A DNA stretch of 64,000 bases from an uncultured delta proteobacterium (GTDB lineage Bacteria; Myxococcota; Myxococcia; Myxococcales; Anaeromyxobacteraceae), in assembly GCA_963828255.1 (NCBI GenBank), contig CAWHDZ010000011.1, positions 96,001-160,000 of the forward strand, in the 5' to 3' direction. The translations under genes were made by a program, and so were the position numbers. How positions within the stretch are numbered: the first letter of the stretch is position 1; each line of letters starts with the position of its first letter. The notes beneath the pieces were generated by a model. The model was given only the letters and a program-made list of their open reading frames with translations. It ran no database searches and was not told where the DNA came from. Shown here in pieces: positions 35,997 through 45,523 of this stretch.

Positions 35997-36383
35997 ATGA
36001 CCACCATCCATGAGGGACGCGGCAGTGAACCCTCCGGAGACGGCCGCCGCTTCCAGCGCGGCGACGGCTCTGCCCTGGCCAGCTTCCTCTGCCCGATCTG
36101 CTTCTGGGACGTCCTCGCCGAGGAGGAGGTGTGCGACCACCTTCTCCTCGTCCGGGACCGCTTCGGGGAGATCTGCTGCCGCGACCTCCGGGTGAGGAAC
36201 ATGTACCGGGAGGCCGAGATGGGGGCCGGCGCGCGGGGGGAGCGCGCCGTGCAGCTGCTCTGCGAGCGGCTCGGCCCCTCGGTGGTCCTCTACGAGCTGC
36301 TCGGCCCACCGAGCCGGTCGCGGGGGTCGAGCGTGCTCTTCGTCGTGGACGTCTCCGGGGAGCTTCGAGCGGCCGCGGGGTGA
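35997..36383 (+). CDS. Hypothetical Cys-rich protein, possibly Zn-binding
   Basis: CPIC...CDH...CC; strongly GC3-biased codons. Confidence 0.65.
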   Translation: MTTIHEGRGSEPSGDGRRFQRGDGSALASFLCPICFWDVLAEEEVCDHLLLVRDRFGEICCRDLRVRNMYREAEMGAGARGERAVQLLCERLGPSVVLYELLGPPSRSRGSSVLFVVDVSGELRAAAG

Positions 36384-36440
36384 CGGGGCGCCGCAAGCTC
36401 CCGAAGACCGCGAGCAGGGCCGGCCTCGTTTCACTGACTG

Positions 36441-37103
36441 TCACCCGGGAAGCTGGCCCGCCAGCGAGACTCCGGCGAGGCGGAAGGCCTCGCGGACGCG
36501 CGGGTCGACGGCGGCGGCCAGCTCGATCTCCCGCTCGGCGGCGAAGCCGGTGCGCACGTGGGTGGGGAGGTGGCCCGGGTGGAGCATGATCTCGGTGCTC
36601 CCTGCGGCGAGCGCCCCCGCCGCTGCGGCGAGGTGCTCCGGGGTCCAGCAGGGGCGCAGGGCGGCATCGCCCAGGAAGGAGTCGCAGGCCAGGGCGCCGG
36701 CCGCCCGGATGCGGTCGCGCATGGCAGGGTCGAGGGCGCGCACGCGCAGCCGGAGCGGCGCGGCCACGCGAAGGACCGCCTCCAGGATCCGAGGCCCGGC
36801 GTGGACGTGGCGGTGGCCGTCCACGTGGGCGGGCGCCGCCCCGCGCATGGCCTCGAAACGGAGGAACTGCCGCCGGATCTCCGTCTCGGCCTCCCGGCCG
36901 TCGAGGCCGGGTGGGAGGTCCAGGTGCAGCCCCACGGCGAGCGAGCGGGGAGCCGCGCGGAGCGCCGCCTCGGCGAACGGTCCGGTGACGAGCGCGCTCG
37001 TGGCGGTGACCACGCCGTCGCGGTGGGCCTCGAGGATCCCCTCGTCGATGGCCGGGTCGTAGCCCAGGTCGTCGGCGACGACGAGCGCGAGCCGCGCGGT
37101 CAC
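36441..37103 (-). CDS. ChbG/HpnK (YdjC) family deacetylase
   Basis: ADDLG, GLHL, HVDGHRHVH, EIMLHPG. Confidence 0.88.
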   Translation of the reverse strand: MTARLALVVADDLGYDPAIDEGILEAHRDGVVTATSALVTGPFAEAALRAAPRSLAVGLHLDLPPGLDGREAETEIRRQFLRFEAMRGAAPAHVDGHRHVHAGPRILEAVLRVAAPLRLRVRALDPAMRDRIRAAGALACDSFLGDAALRPCWTPEHLAAAAGALAAGSTEIMLHPGHLPTHVRTGFAAEREIELAAAVDPRVREAFRLAGVSLAGQLPG

Positions 37104-38173
37104 CCCGGGAGCTCGACCGAGAACGAGGCGCCCTTCCCCGGCTCGCCCCGGGCCACGATCCGCCCACCGTGGGCCTCGACGATCTCGCGGGCCACGTAGA
37201 GCCCGAGCCCCAGTCCCGGGTAGTGGTGCGGCGGCGCGGCGCGCTCGAAGCGGCCGAAGATGCGATCGAGCTCTCCGGCGTCGATCCCCACGCCGCGGTC
37301 GACCACCTCGATGCGGAGGCCGCGCGCGTGCCCCTCGACCCGGACCTCGACCGGCTTGCCCTCCCCGAACTTCACCGCGTTGCCCAGGAGGTTCGCGAGC
37401 ACCTGCTCGATGCGCACCCGGTCCAGGGAGGCCACCACCGAGCCGTGCGCGACGACGGTCACCGACGATCCGTGGGCCAGATCGAGGTCGGCCTGGTAGG
37501 GCGCCGCGACCTCGCGGGCCAGGGCCGCGACGTCCACCGGCTCTCGGGAGAGCTCCATGCGGCCGAGCCGGATCCGCGACAGGTCGAGCAGCGCCTCGAC
37601 CAGCCCGGCCAGCCTGCGAACCTGCCCGTCGAGCGACGCCACCCGCTCGCGCACCGGGTCCGGCGCGCCGACCCGCTCGACCACCTTCCCGAGCAGCTGG
37701 AGCTGCACGCGGAGCGCGGTGACCGGGGTGCGCAGCTCGTGGGAGGCAACGGAGAGGAACTCGTCACGGGCCCGGACCTCCTCCCTCGCCTGCCGGTAGA
37801 GGAGCGCCTTGGCCTCGACGCGCCGCCGCTCGGTGGCGTCGCGGATCGCCGCCACCGCCCAGGTGGCGCCGCCGGAACGCAGCGGGGACAGGCTGATCTC
37901 GGCGGGGAACTCGCTGCCGTCCTTGCGGAGCGCGGCCAGGTCCGATCCGAGCCCCATGGGGCGCGGCCGCGGGGCCTCCTGGTAGCCGCGCCGGAGCCCG
38001 CGGTGGACGCCCCGGTGTCGGGCCGGGAGGAGGACCTCCACCGCCTGCCCGACGAGTTCCTCCCGCTCCCAGCCGAAGAGGTTCACCGCCATGGCGTTCG
38101 CGAAGACGATGATCCCCTGGTCGTCGGCGACCAGGATCCCGTCGGGCACGAACTCGAGGATGGAGAAGTCCAT
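37100..38173 (-). CDS. Soluble PAS-domain histidine kinase
   Basis: PAS (RKDGSEFPAEISLS), H box ASHELRTP, N box NAVKF, DRGVG, GLGLGL. Confidence 0.93.
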   Translation of the reverse strand: MDFSILEFVPDGILVADDQGIIVFANAMAVNLFGWEREELVGQAVEVLLPARHRGVHRGLRRGYQEAPRPRPMGLGSDLAALRKDGSEFPAEISLSPLRSGGATWAVAAIRDATERRRVEAKALLYRQAREEVRARDEFLSVASHELRTPVTALRVQLQLLGKVVERVGAPDPVRERVASLDGQVRRLAGLVEALLDLSRIRLGRMELSREPVDVAALAREVAAPYQADLDLAHGSSVTVVAHGSVVASLDRVRIEQVLANLLGNAVKFGEGKPVEVRVEGHARGLRIEVVDRGVGIDAGELDRIFGRFERAAPPHHYPGLGLGLYVAREIVEAHGGRIVARGEPGKGASFSVELPG

Positions 38174-38193
38174 GGCCGCCTTCCGGACGGCGC

Positions 38194-38856
38194 TCAGACG
38201 GCGGGGCGCCCTTGCGGTGCGTCGAAGTCGTAGATCGATTCGACCCGAACGTTGCGGTAACGCTCGAGCCTCAGCGCCATCCTGGAGAGCTGGGCCAGGA
38301 ACTCGTCGCCGTCGGGCCCCTGCCCCGGAGGGGCGGCCTCGGTGCGCCGCCTGGCCTCCTTGAGGATGGCCCGGCGGACCTCCCGCGGGTGGTAGATGAA
38401 CGACGAGGAGAACTGGAGCGTGCCCTCGTGGGGCAGGAGCCTGGCCTCGAGGATGTCCCCCTTGGCGAGCGCCACCACCGCGCGTCTCTCCATCACCTCG
38501 TGGCGCGCCCCGCCCAGCACCTCCTCGAGCTCCACCGTTCCGGGCCGGATGCGCCGGACGTCGAAGAGCGCCCTGCGGCTGCGCCCGAGCTCGCGCACCT
38601 GGGCGCGCTCGTCGGTGGTGAGCCCCTCGGCGCCGTCCCGCAGGAAGAGGTCGATGGTGCGGTCCGTCCCGTCCGGCCGGTAGTCGTAGAGGTAGTGGTC
38701 GAGCAGCCCGTTCATGCGCAGCTCGTAGCTCTTGTCGTCCTCGTGCGGCTCTCCCACCCTTGCGAACCAGGAGCTGCGCGCCTGGAGGAGCCAGGGCTGG
38801 CGCACCTCGGCGCCCGCCCAGGCGAGGAGACGGTCGTGCAGGTCGCCGAGCGTCAC
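38194..38856 (-). CDS. Hypothetical protein in the pyr operon
   Basis: GTGA overlap with carA stop; coding-like GC3; GEPHEDDKSYELRM...LDHYLYD. Confidence 0.72.
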   Translation of the reverse strand: MTLGDLHDRLLAWAGAEVRQPWLLQARSSWFARVGEPHEDDKSYELRMNGLLDHYLYDYRPDGTDRTIDLFLRDGAEGLTTDERAQVRELGRSRRALFDVRRIRPGTVELEEVLGGARHEVMERRAVVALAKGDILEARLLPHEGTLQFSSSFIYHPREVRRAILKEARRRTEAAPPGQGPDGDEFLAQLSRMALRLERYRNVRVESIYDFDAPQGRPAV

Positions 38857-39974
38857 CTGCGCTGCTCCATCATCCCCACGAACCGCCCGAAGAGATGCCG
38901 CGCGTCGTGGGGACCGGGCGACGACTCGGGGTGGTACTGGACGCCGAAGGCCGCCGCGTCGAGCACCTCGATGCCCTCGACGGTGCCGTCGTTCAGGTTG
39001 ACGTGGGAGACCCGGGCCCGCCTTCCCAGCGACCGGTCGTCCACCGCGAACCCGTGGTTCTGTGCGGTGATGTCCACCTTCCCGGTGGCCAGGTCCTTGA
39101 CCGGCTGGTTGGCGCCCCGGTGGCCGAACTTGAGCTTGTAGGTGGAGGCGCCGATCGCCAGCGAGAGGATCTGGTGGCCGAGGCAGATGCCGAAGACCGG
39201 AACCTTGCCGAGGAGCGCCGCGACGGTGTCGCGCGCGCCGACCACCGCGGCCGGGTCGCCCGGACCGTTCGTGAGGAAGACGCCGTCGGGGTGGAGCGCC
39301 AGGGTCGCGGCGGCGGTCGTCCGGCTGGGAACCACCGTGATCCGGCAGCCCGCCTCGGCGAGCAGCCGCAGCATGGCCCGCTTGAGCCCCCAGTCGTAGG
39401 CGACGACGTGGAAGCGCGCGTTCCCGGACGCGTGGCGCCCCTCGTCGCTCCAGGCATCGGCGCCTCCCTCGTCCCAGGAGTAGGCCTCCGGCGTGGAGAT
39501 GCGGCTGGCGAGGTCCTGCCCCTCCATCCCGGGCAGGGAGCGGGCGCGATCGACGAGCGCCGTGCCGCTCCCCTCGGTGGAGATGACCCCCATCTGCGCG
39601 CCGGTGGTGCGGATGTGGCGGGTGAGGCGGCGGGTGTCCACGCCGTGGATTCCCACGAGGCCGTGGCGGACCAGGTAGGCCTCGATCCCCTCCTCGGCGC
39701 GGAAGCTGGAGGGTTCGGGCGCGAAGTTGCGCACGATGAAGCCGGTGGGGTGCGGCCGGGACGACTCCTCGTCGGCGCGGTTGGTCCCGTAGTTCCCCTG
39801 CTCCGGGTAGGTCATGCAGACCATCTGGCCGACGTAGCTGGGGTCGGTGAGGATCTCCTGGTAACCCGTCATGGAGGTGTTGAAGACCACCTCCCCGCAG
39901 GCCTCCCCGGTGGCCCCGAAGGCCAGCCCCTCGAAGACCGTCCCGTCGGCGAGCGCGAGCGTCGCCTTCGTCAT
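38853..39974 (-). CDS. carA: Carbamoyl-phosphate synthase small subunit
   Basis: EVVFNTSMTGYQE, NGPGDP, GICLGHQ, QYHPE. Confidence 0.97.
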   Translation of the reverse strand: MTKATLALADGTVFEGLAFGATGEACGEVVFNTSMTGYQEILTDPSYVGQMVCMTYPEQGNYGTNRADEESSRPHPTGFIVRNFAPEPSSFRAEEGIEAYLVRHGLVGIHGVDTRRLTRHIRTTGAQMGVISTEGSGTALVDRARSLPGMEGQDLASRISTPEAYSWDEGGADAWSDEGRHASGNARFHVVAYDWGLKRAMLRLLAEAGCRITVVPSRTTAAATLALHPDGVFLTNGPGDPAAVVGARDTVAALLGKVPVFGICLGHQILSLAIGASTYKLKFGHRGANQPVKDLATGKVDITAQNHGFAVDDRSLGRRARVSHVNLNDGTVEGIEVLDAAAFGVQYHPESSPGPHDARHLFGRFVGMMEQRR

Positions 39975-41278
39975 CGAGGGTCTCCCGTCTCGTGCACCAG
40001 CCGGCCTCCCACGAAGGCGTGGGTGCACCGCCCGGTGAGGGTCCGCCCCTTCCACGGGGTGTTGCGGCTCTTGCTGAACCCGCGCATCGGGTCCACGACC
40101 CAGGAGGCCGCGGGGTCGAGGATGGCGACGTCGGCGGGCGCGCCCACCGAGAGCGTCCCGCCCGGGAGGCCGAAGCAGCGCGCCGCACCGATGGTGAGGG
40201 CCTCGACGAGCCGCTTCTCGGTGAGGAGACCCTTGCGCACCAGGTCGAGGCAGACCGGGAAGGCCGTCTCGAGGCCGAGCACGCCGTTCAGCGCAGCGTC
40301 GAACTCGAGCTTCTTCTCCTCCGGCGAGTGCGGGGCGTGATCGGTGGCGATGGCGTCGAGGGTGCCGTCGGCCAGCCCCTCGCGCAGCGCCTTCACGTCC
40401 TCGGCCGAACGGAGCGGAGGGTTCATCTTGAAGTCGGGGTCGTAGTCGCTGGCCGCGACGTCCTCGTCGGTGAGCACGAGGTGGTGCGGGGTGACCTCGG
40501 CGGTGACCGGCAGCCCGCGCCGCTTGGCGTCCCGGATGGCCCGGACGCTCCCCGCGGTGGAGACGTGGCAGATGTGGAGCCGCCCTCCGGTGAGCTCGAG
40601 CAGCGAGAGGTCGCGCAGGACCATGACGTCCTCGGCCTGCGCCGGGGCGCCCTTGAGGCCGAGCCGGGTGGCCGTGGGCCCCTCGTTCATGACCCCCTTG
40701 CCCACAAGGTTCAGATCCTCCTCGTGGACGGCGAGCGGCAGCCCGAAGGCCCGGGAGTACTCGAGGGCCCTCCGCATCATCGAGGACGACATGACCGGAC
40801 TCCCGTCGTCGGAGAGGGCCACGCATCCGGCGGCCTTGAGCTCGCCGTACTCGGCCAGCTCCTCGCCCTTGCGCCCCTTGGTGGCGGCGCCGACCGGATA
40901 GACCCGGGCCAGGGCGGCAGCCGCGGCCCGCGCCAGCATGAGCTCGGTCACGCTGGTGTTGTCGTTGGCGGGGACGGTGTTGGGCATGGCGCACACCGAG
41001 GTGAACCCGCCGGCCACGGCGGCGCGCGCGCCGGTGGCCACGCTCTCCTTGTACTCCTGCCCCGGCTCGCGCAGGTGCACGTGCAGGTCCACGAAGCCGG
41101 GCGTGACCCACCGCCCCTTCGCGTCCACCACCCGGGCGCCGGCCGGGACGTCCACCCGCTCGGCCACCGCGGCGATCTTGCCGTCGCGCAGGAGCAGGCT
41201 GCGGACACCGTCCACGCCGCCGTGGGGGTCGATGACCCGGCCGCCCTGGATGACCACCACTTCCTTCGGATCGCTCAT
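39971..41278 (-). CDS. pyrC: Dihydroorotase
   Basis: [34 protein letters not shown]. Confidence 0.96.
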   Translation of the reverse strand: MSDPKEVVVIQGGRVIDPHGGVDGVRSLLLRDGKIAAVAERVDVPAGARVVDAKGRWVTPGFVDLHVHLREPGQEYKESVATGARAAVAGGFTSVCAMPNTVPANDNTSVTELMLARAAAAALARVYPVGAATKGRKGEELAEYGELKAAGCVALSDDGSPVMSSSMMRRALEYSRAFGLPLAVHEEDLNLVGKGVMNEGPTATRLGLKGAPAQAEDVMVLRDLSLLELTGGRLHICHVSTAGSVRAIRDAKRRGLPVTAEVTPHHLVLTDEDVAASDYDPDFKMNPPLRSAEDVKALREGLADGTLDAIATDHAPHSPEEKKLEFDAALNGVLGLETAFPVCLDLVRKGLLTEKRLVEALTIGAARCFGLPGGTLSVGAPADVAILDPAASWVVDPMRGFSKSRNTPWKGRTLTGRCTHAFVGGRLVHETGDPR

Positions 41279-42228
41279 GCCGGGACCTTCTCCGCGCGGT
41301 CCTCTCCGGCGCCGCCGGCGAGGAGGTAGAGGATGGCCATGCGGACGGCCACGCCGTTCTGGACCTGATCGAGGATCACGCTGCGCGGCCCGTCCGCCAC
41401 GTCGGAGGAGAGCTCGACGCCGCGGTTGATGGGGCCGGGGTGCAAGATGACCGCCTCGGGCTTCAGCCACTCGGCGGCCTTCTTCGCGTTGAGCCCCCAG
41501 TACTTGGAGTACTCGCGGGTGTTGGGGATGAGCGGATCGCCGATGCGCTCGTGCTGGATGCGCAGCATGACGACCGCGTCGGCGCCCTCGACGGCGGTGC
41601 GCAGGTCGTGGTGCACGGTGGCCCCGAGCCGCTCGATGCCCAGCGGGATCATGGTGGGGGGGCCGCAGAGGCGCACCTTGGCGCCCAGCTTGGGCAGGGA
41701 GTGGAGGTCGGAGCGGGCCACCCGCGAGTGGCTGATGTCGCCGACGATGGCCACGGTGCGTCCCTCCAGGCTTCCGAAGCGTTCACGGATCGTGAAGCAG
41801 TCGAGGAGCCCCTGGCTGGGATGCTCGTGGGCGCCGTCGCCGGCCGAGACCACCGAGCAGCCCACGTGACGGGCCAGGAAGTTGGGGGCCCCGCTGGCCG
41901 AGTGGCGGACCACCAGCACGTCGGGGCGCATGGCCTCGAGGTTCCTGGCGGTGTCGAGCAGGGTCTCCCCCTTGGTGGTGGAGGACTGGGCCGCGGTCCA
42001 GTTGAGGGAGTCGGCCGAGAGCACCTTGGCGGCGATCTCGAAGGAGCTGCGGGTGCGCGTGGAGGTCTCGAAGAAGAGGTTCACCACGTTCTTCCCGCGC
42101 AGGGACGGGACCTTCTTCACCGGGCGGGAGAGAACCTCCTTCATGGAGACGGCCAGGTCGAGCACCTGGAGGATCTCCTCGCGGGAGAGCCCTTCCAGGC
42201 CGATGAGGTGGCGATGGCGTCCGATCAC
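41275..42228 (-). CDS. pyrB: Aspartate carbamoyltransferase catalytic subunit
   Basis: [36 protein letters not shown]. Confidence 0.97.
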   Translation of the reverse strand: MIGRHRHLIGLEGLSREEILQVLDLAVSMKEVLSRPVKKVPSLRGKNVVNLFFETSTRTRSSFEIAAKVLSADSLNWTAAQSSTTKGETLLDTARNLEAMRPDVLVVRHSASGAPNFLARHVGCSVVSAGDGAHEHPSQGLLDCFTIRERFGSLEGRTVAIVGDISHSRVARSDLHSLPKLGAKVRLCGPPTMIPLGIERLGATVHHDLRTAVEGADAVVMLRIQHERIGDPLIPNTREYSKYWGLNAKKAAEWLKPEAVILHPGPINRGVELSSDVADGPRSVILDQVQNGVAVRMAILYLLAGGAGEDRAEKVPA

Positions 42229-42760
42229 GGCTTCCTCCCCTCGCGGACGACCACCGAATCCTCGGCGTCCCCGTTCTCCCTCCAGCGAACCTGGACGTCG
42301 GCCCCCTCGGGGACCTCGAGCCGGGCGCCGGCGAAGTCGGCGGTGATGGGCAGCTCCCTCCCTCCCGGTCCACCAGCACCGCCAGCCAGACCCGGCGCGG
42401 CCGGCCGAAGTCGACCAGCTCGTCGAGGGCGGCCCGGATGGTCCGTCCGGTGTAGAGCACGTCGTCGGCGAGGACGATGGTGCGCCCCTCCAGCGGGAAG
42501 CGCACGTCGGTGGGACCGACGACCGGGGCCGCGCCCCGCTGCGCCAGGTCGTCCCGGTAGAGGGCGATGTCGAGCGTCCCCAGCGGCGCTTCCGACCCGG
42601 TCGCCCGGGCGATCTCGGCCCGGATCCGCTCGGCCAGCGGGACCCCTCCCCTGCGGATCCCCACGAAGGCCAGCTTCTCCAGGGACCCCTGCGTCCGCGC
42701 CCGCTCCAGCACCTCATGGGCGATCCGCTGGACGGCGCGCTGCACGGCCTCGGCGTTCAT
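42225..42760 (-). CDS. pyrR: Bifunctional pyr regulator/uracil phosphoribosyltransferase, split by a 1-nt frameshift near 42365
   Basis: [34 protein letters not shown]; adding one G gives [15 protein letters not shown] and a stop overlapping pyrB. Confidence 0.9.
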
Positions 42761-42782
42761 GTCCTCGCTCCCCCTCTCCCGG

Positions 42783-43247
42783 TCACCGCTGCGGACCCCA
42801 GTCCGCCCGCTTCTGGTCGATGGTCAGGTCCACCTGGTAGACGCGCTCGAGGACCCGGTCCAGGAACGGCAGCTCGAGGGTGCGCGGGTACTCGAAGGCG
42901 ACGTGCAATTCGGGAGGGTCCTTGGTGCGCTCCCAGAGGACGTCCTCCCTCGTGAGTTCGACCACGGGGATGCGGATCTTCCGCCCGGCCTCGTCCACGC
43001 CCGCGACGTCGTCGAGGGAGCGGATCTTCAGGATCATGTCCCGGACCAGCTTCTCGTCGTTGGGGTTCTTGATGGCCTGGTTGCCGTAGTCGCGGACCAC
43101 CTGCTTCACCTCGTAGTGGAGCACCGCGGGCGGGCCGAAGACCACCGCGGCGTAGGCCGCGCCGGCCAGTCCCAGCACGAGGAGCAACGTCACCCAGCTC
43201 GCGGCTCCGCGTTCAAGCCGCCTGGTCCGGCGAGGGGAATCGGGCAT
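42783..43247 (-). CDS. Pilin-like membrane protein (DUF4845-like)
   Basis: Basic leader then ERG followed by a hydrophobic helix and Pro; directly downstream of lepA; start uncertain (alternative GTG at 43274). Confidence 0.6.
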   Translation of the reverse strand: MPDSPRRTRRLERGAASWVTLLLVLGLAGAAYAAVVFGPPAVLHYEVKQVVRDYGNQAIKNPNDEKLVRDMILKIRSLDDVAGVDEAGRKIRIPVVELTREDVLWERTKDPPELHVAFEYPRTLELPFLDRVLERVYQVDLTIDQKRADWGPQR

Positions 43248-43276
43248 GCGGGTCGTCTCCGGTCCGTCTTGCACGG

Positions 43277-45082
43277 TCAGTCCTCCACCTTGAGCACGGC
43301 GAGGAACGCCTCCTGGGGAATCTCCACCTGGCCGACCTGCTTCATGCGCTTCTTCCCCTCCTTCTGCTTCTCGAGGAGCTTCCGCTTGCGGCTGATGTCC
43401 CCACCGTAGCACTTGGCGAGGACGTTCTTGCGGTAGGCCTTCACGGTCTCCCGGGAGATCACCTTGGCGCCGATGGCGGCCTGGATGGCGACCTCGTACA
43501 TCTGCTTGGGGATGACCTCGCGCAGCTTCTGGCAGTTGTCCCGGCCGCGCTGGTAGGCCCGCTCCCTGTGCACGATGACCGAGAGGGCGTCCACCGGCTC
43601 CCCGTTGATGAGGATGTCGAGACGGACGAGGTCGGCCTCCAGGTACCCCAGCAGCTCGTAGTCGAGCGAGGCGTAGCCCCTCGACACGCTCTTCAGCTTG
43701 TCGAAGAAGTCGAAGACCACCTCGGCGAGCGGGATCTCGTAGGTGATCTGCACGCGCTTCGTCCCGATGTACTTGAGGTCGCGCTGGACCCCTCGCCGGT
43801 CCTGGCAGAGCTTGAGGATGTTCCCCACGTCGTCGGTCCGGGCGTGGATGTGGCAGGTGAGGATGGGCTCCTCGAAGGTGGCGATCTTCTGCACCGGCGG
43901 GAGCTTGGCCGGATTGTCGATCTCCACCACTTCACCCTGGGTATTCGTGATCCGGTAGACCACCGACGGTGCGGTGGTGATGAGGGTCAGGTTGTACTCG
44001 CGCTCCAGGCGCTCCTGGACGATCTCCATGTGGAGGAGCCCGAGGTACCCGCATCGGAAGCCGAAGCCCAGCGCCTGGCTGGTCTCCGGCTCGAAGGTGA
44101 AGGCCGAGTCGTTGAGCCGCAGCTTCACGAGCGCGTCGCGCAGCTGGTCGTAGTCGGCGGCGTCCACCGGGAACACGCCGCTGAAGACCATGGGCTTCAC
44201 CACCTTGAAGCCCGGGAAGGGCTCGGAGATGGGGCGGCGCGCCTCCGTGATGGTGTCGCCCACCTTGGCGTCGAGGACCTCCTTCACGTTGGCGACCACC
44301 ACGCCCACGTCGCCGGCCTGGAGCTGCTGGACCGGCCTCGAGAAGGGGGCGAAGACTCCCAGCCCCTGCACCTCGAACTCCTTCTTGTTGGCGAAGAGCA
44401 GGATCTGCTGGCCGGGACGCAGCGTTCCCTCGAACACCCGCACCAGCATGACCACGCCCCGGTAGGTATCGTACCAGGAGTCGAAGATGATGGCCTTGAG
44501 CGGTCCCTCCGGGTCGCCGGAGGGGGGCGGGACCTTCCGCACCACCTGCTCGAGGATCTCCTCGATGCCGATGCCCTCCTTGGCGCTGGTGGGCACCGCC
44601 TCGGAGGCGTCGAGACCGATGACCTCCTCGATCTCCTGGCGGACCCCGGGCACGTCGGCGCTGGGCAGGTCGATCTTGTTGATGACCGGGATGATCTCGA
44701 GGTCGTGGTCGAGGGCCTGGTAGACGTTGGCGAGCGTCTGGGCCTCCACGCCCTGGGTCGCGTCCACCACCAGCACCGCTCCCTCGCAGGCGGCCAGCGA
44801 ACGGGACACCTCGTACGCGAAGTCCACGTGACCGGGAGTGTCGATGAGGTTGAGGATGTAGTCCTTGCCGTCCCTGGCCCGGTACGTCATCCGGATGGTC
44901 TGGGCCTTGATGGTGATGCCCCGCTCCCGCTCGAGCTCCATGTTGTCGAGGAACTGGGCCTGGGCCTCGCGGGCCGTGACCGTCCCGGTGCGCTCCAGGA
45001 GACGGTCCGCGAGCGTCGACTTGCCGTGGTCGATGTGCGCGATGATGGAGAAGTTGCGGATGTTCTGGTTCGAGTCAGCCAT
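43277..45082 (-). CDS. lepA: Translation elongation factor 4
   Basis: [37 protein letters not shown]. Confidence 0.98.
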   Translation of the reverse strand: MADSNQNIRNFSIIAHIDHGKSTLADRLLERTGTVTAREAQAQFLDNMELERERGITIKAQTIRMTYRARDGKDYILNLIDTPGHVDFAYEVSRSLAACEGAVLVVDATQGVEAQTLANVYQALDHDLEIIPVINKIDLPSADVPGVRQEIEEVIGLDASEAVPTSAKEGIGIEEILEQVVRKVPPPSGDPEGPLKAIIFDSWYDTYRGVVMLVRVFEGTLRPGQQILLFANKKEFEVQGLGVFAPFSRPVQQLQAGDVGVVVANVKEVLDAKVGDTITEARRPISEPFPGFKVVKPMVFSGVFPVDAADYDQLRDALVKLRLNDSAFTFEPETSQALGFGFRCGYLGLLHMEIVQERLEREYNLTLITTAPSVVYRITNTQGEVVEIDNPAKLPPVQKIATFEEPILTCHIHARTDDVGNILKLCQDRRGVQRDLKYIGTKRVQITYEIPLAEVVFDFFDKLKSVSRGYASLDYELLGYLEADLVRLDILINGEPVDALSVIVHRERAYQRGRDNCQKLREVIPKQMYEVAIQAAIGAKVISRETVKAYRKNVLAKCYGGDISRKRKLLEKQKEGKKRMKQVGQVEIPQEAFLAVLKVED

Positions 45083-45285
45083 CGGGTCGGGGCTTTCTAG
45101 CACGCGATACCGACCGAGACACCCCCCGCAATCACCGCGATGACGCTTTGCGTCACCAGCGCGCGATGCACACATCGGGGGAGGCCCGGGTGGGGACGGG
45201 ACCGGTGGCCAGGACCGCTTCCTACATTTTCTTACCCCGGGATCAGGCCAGATTCACCGGGGCTGGTACCTGTCAAGACCATACC

Positions 45286-45301
45286 CCACAATATATTGTG
45301 G
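45286..45301. promoter_or_regulatory. NrdR box
   Basis: Perfect 16-bp palindrome CCACAATATATTGTGG fitting the acaCwAtATaTwGtg consensus, upstream of a ribonucleotide reductase. Confidence 0.88.
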
Positions 45302-45309
45302 TTCACGCC

Positions 45310-45337
45310 TTGACTGCCGGATCACGGCGGATATCGT
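45310..45337 (+). promoter_or_regulatory. Candidate nrdJ promoter
   Basis: TTGACT-16 nt-TATCGT, 8 nt downstream of the NrdR box. Confidence 0.45.
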
Positions 45338-45523
45338 CCGCCATCACCGGACGCGTTCAGGAGGGCGACGCGGGCGGCTTGAAGAAGGCGACGGGGCGAA
45401 GGCGCCCCCCCTTGTCAGAGGCGACGGGTAAAGCCTCCGGTCCGCAGGACGGGGGCAGGGTTGGGTAACGGGGCTCGAGGGCGACCACGCTTCATGCTCC
45501 ACAAGGCATCTGGGAGGCCGGCA

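Noticed and set aside
45340..45523. Cobalamin riboswitch or LexA box before nrdJ
   Set aside because: No B12-box elements recognised; the GTTCAGG near 45355 lacks the CTR half-site
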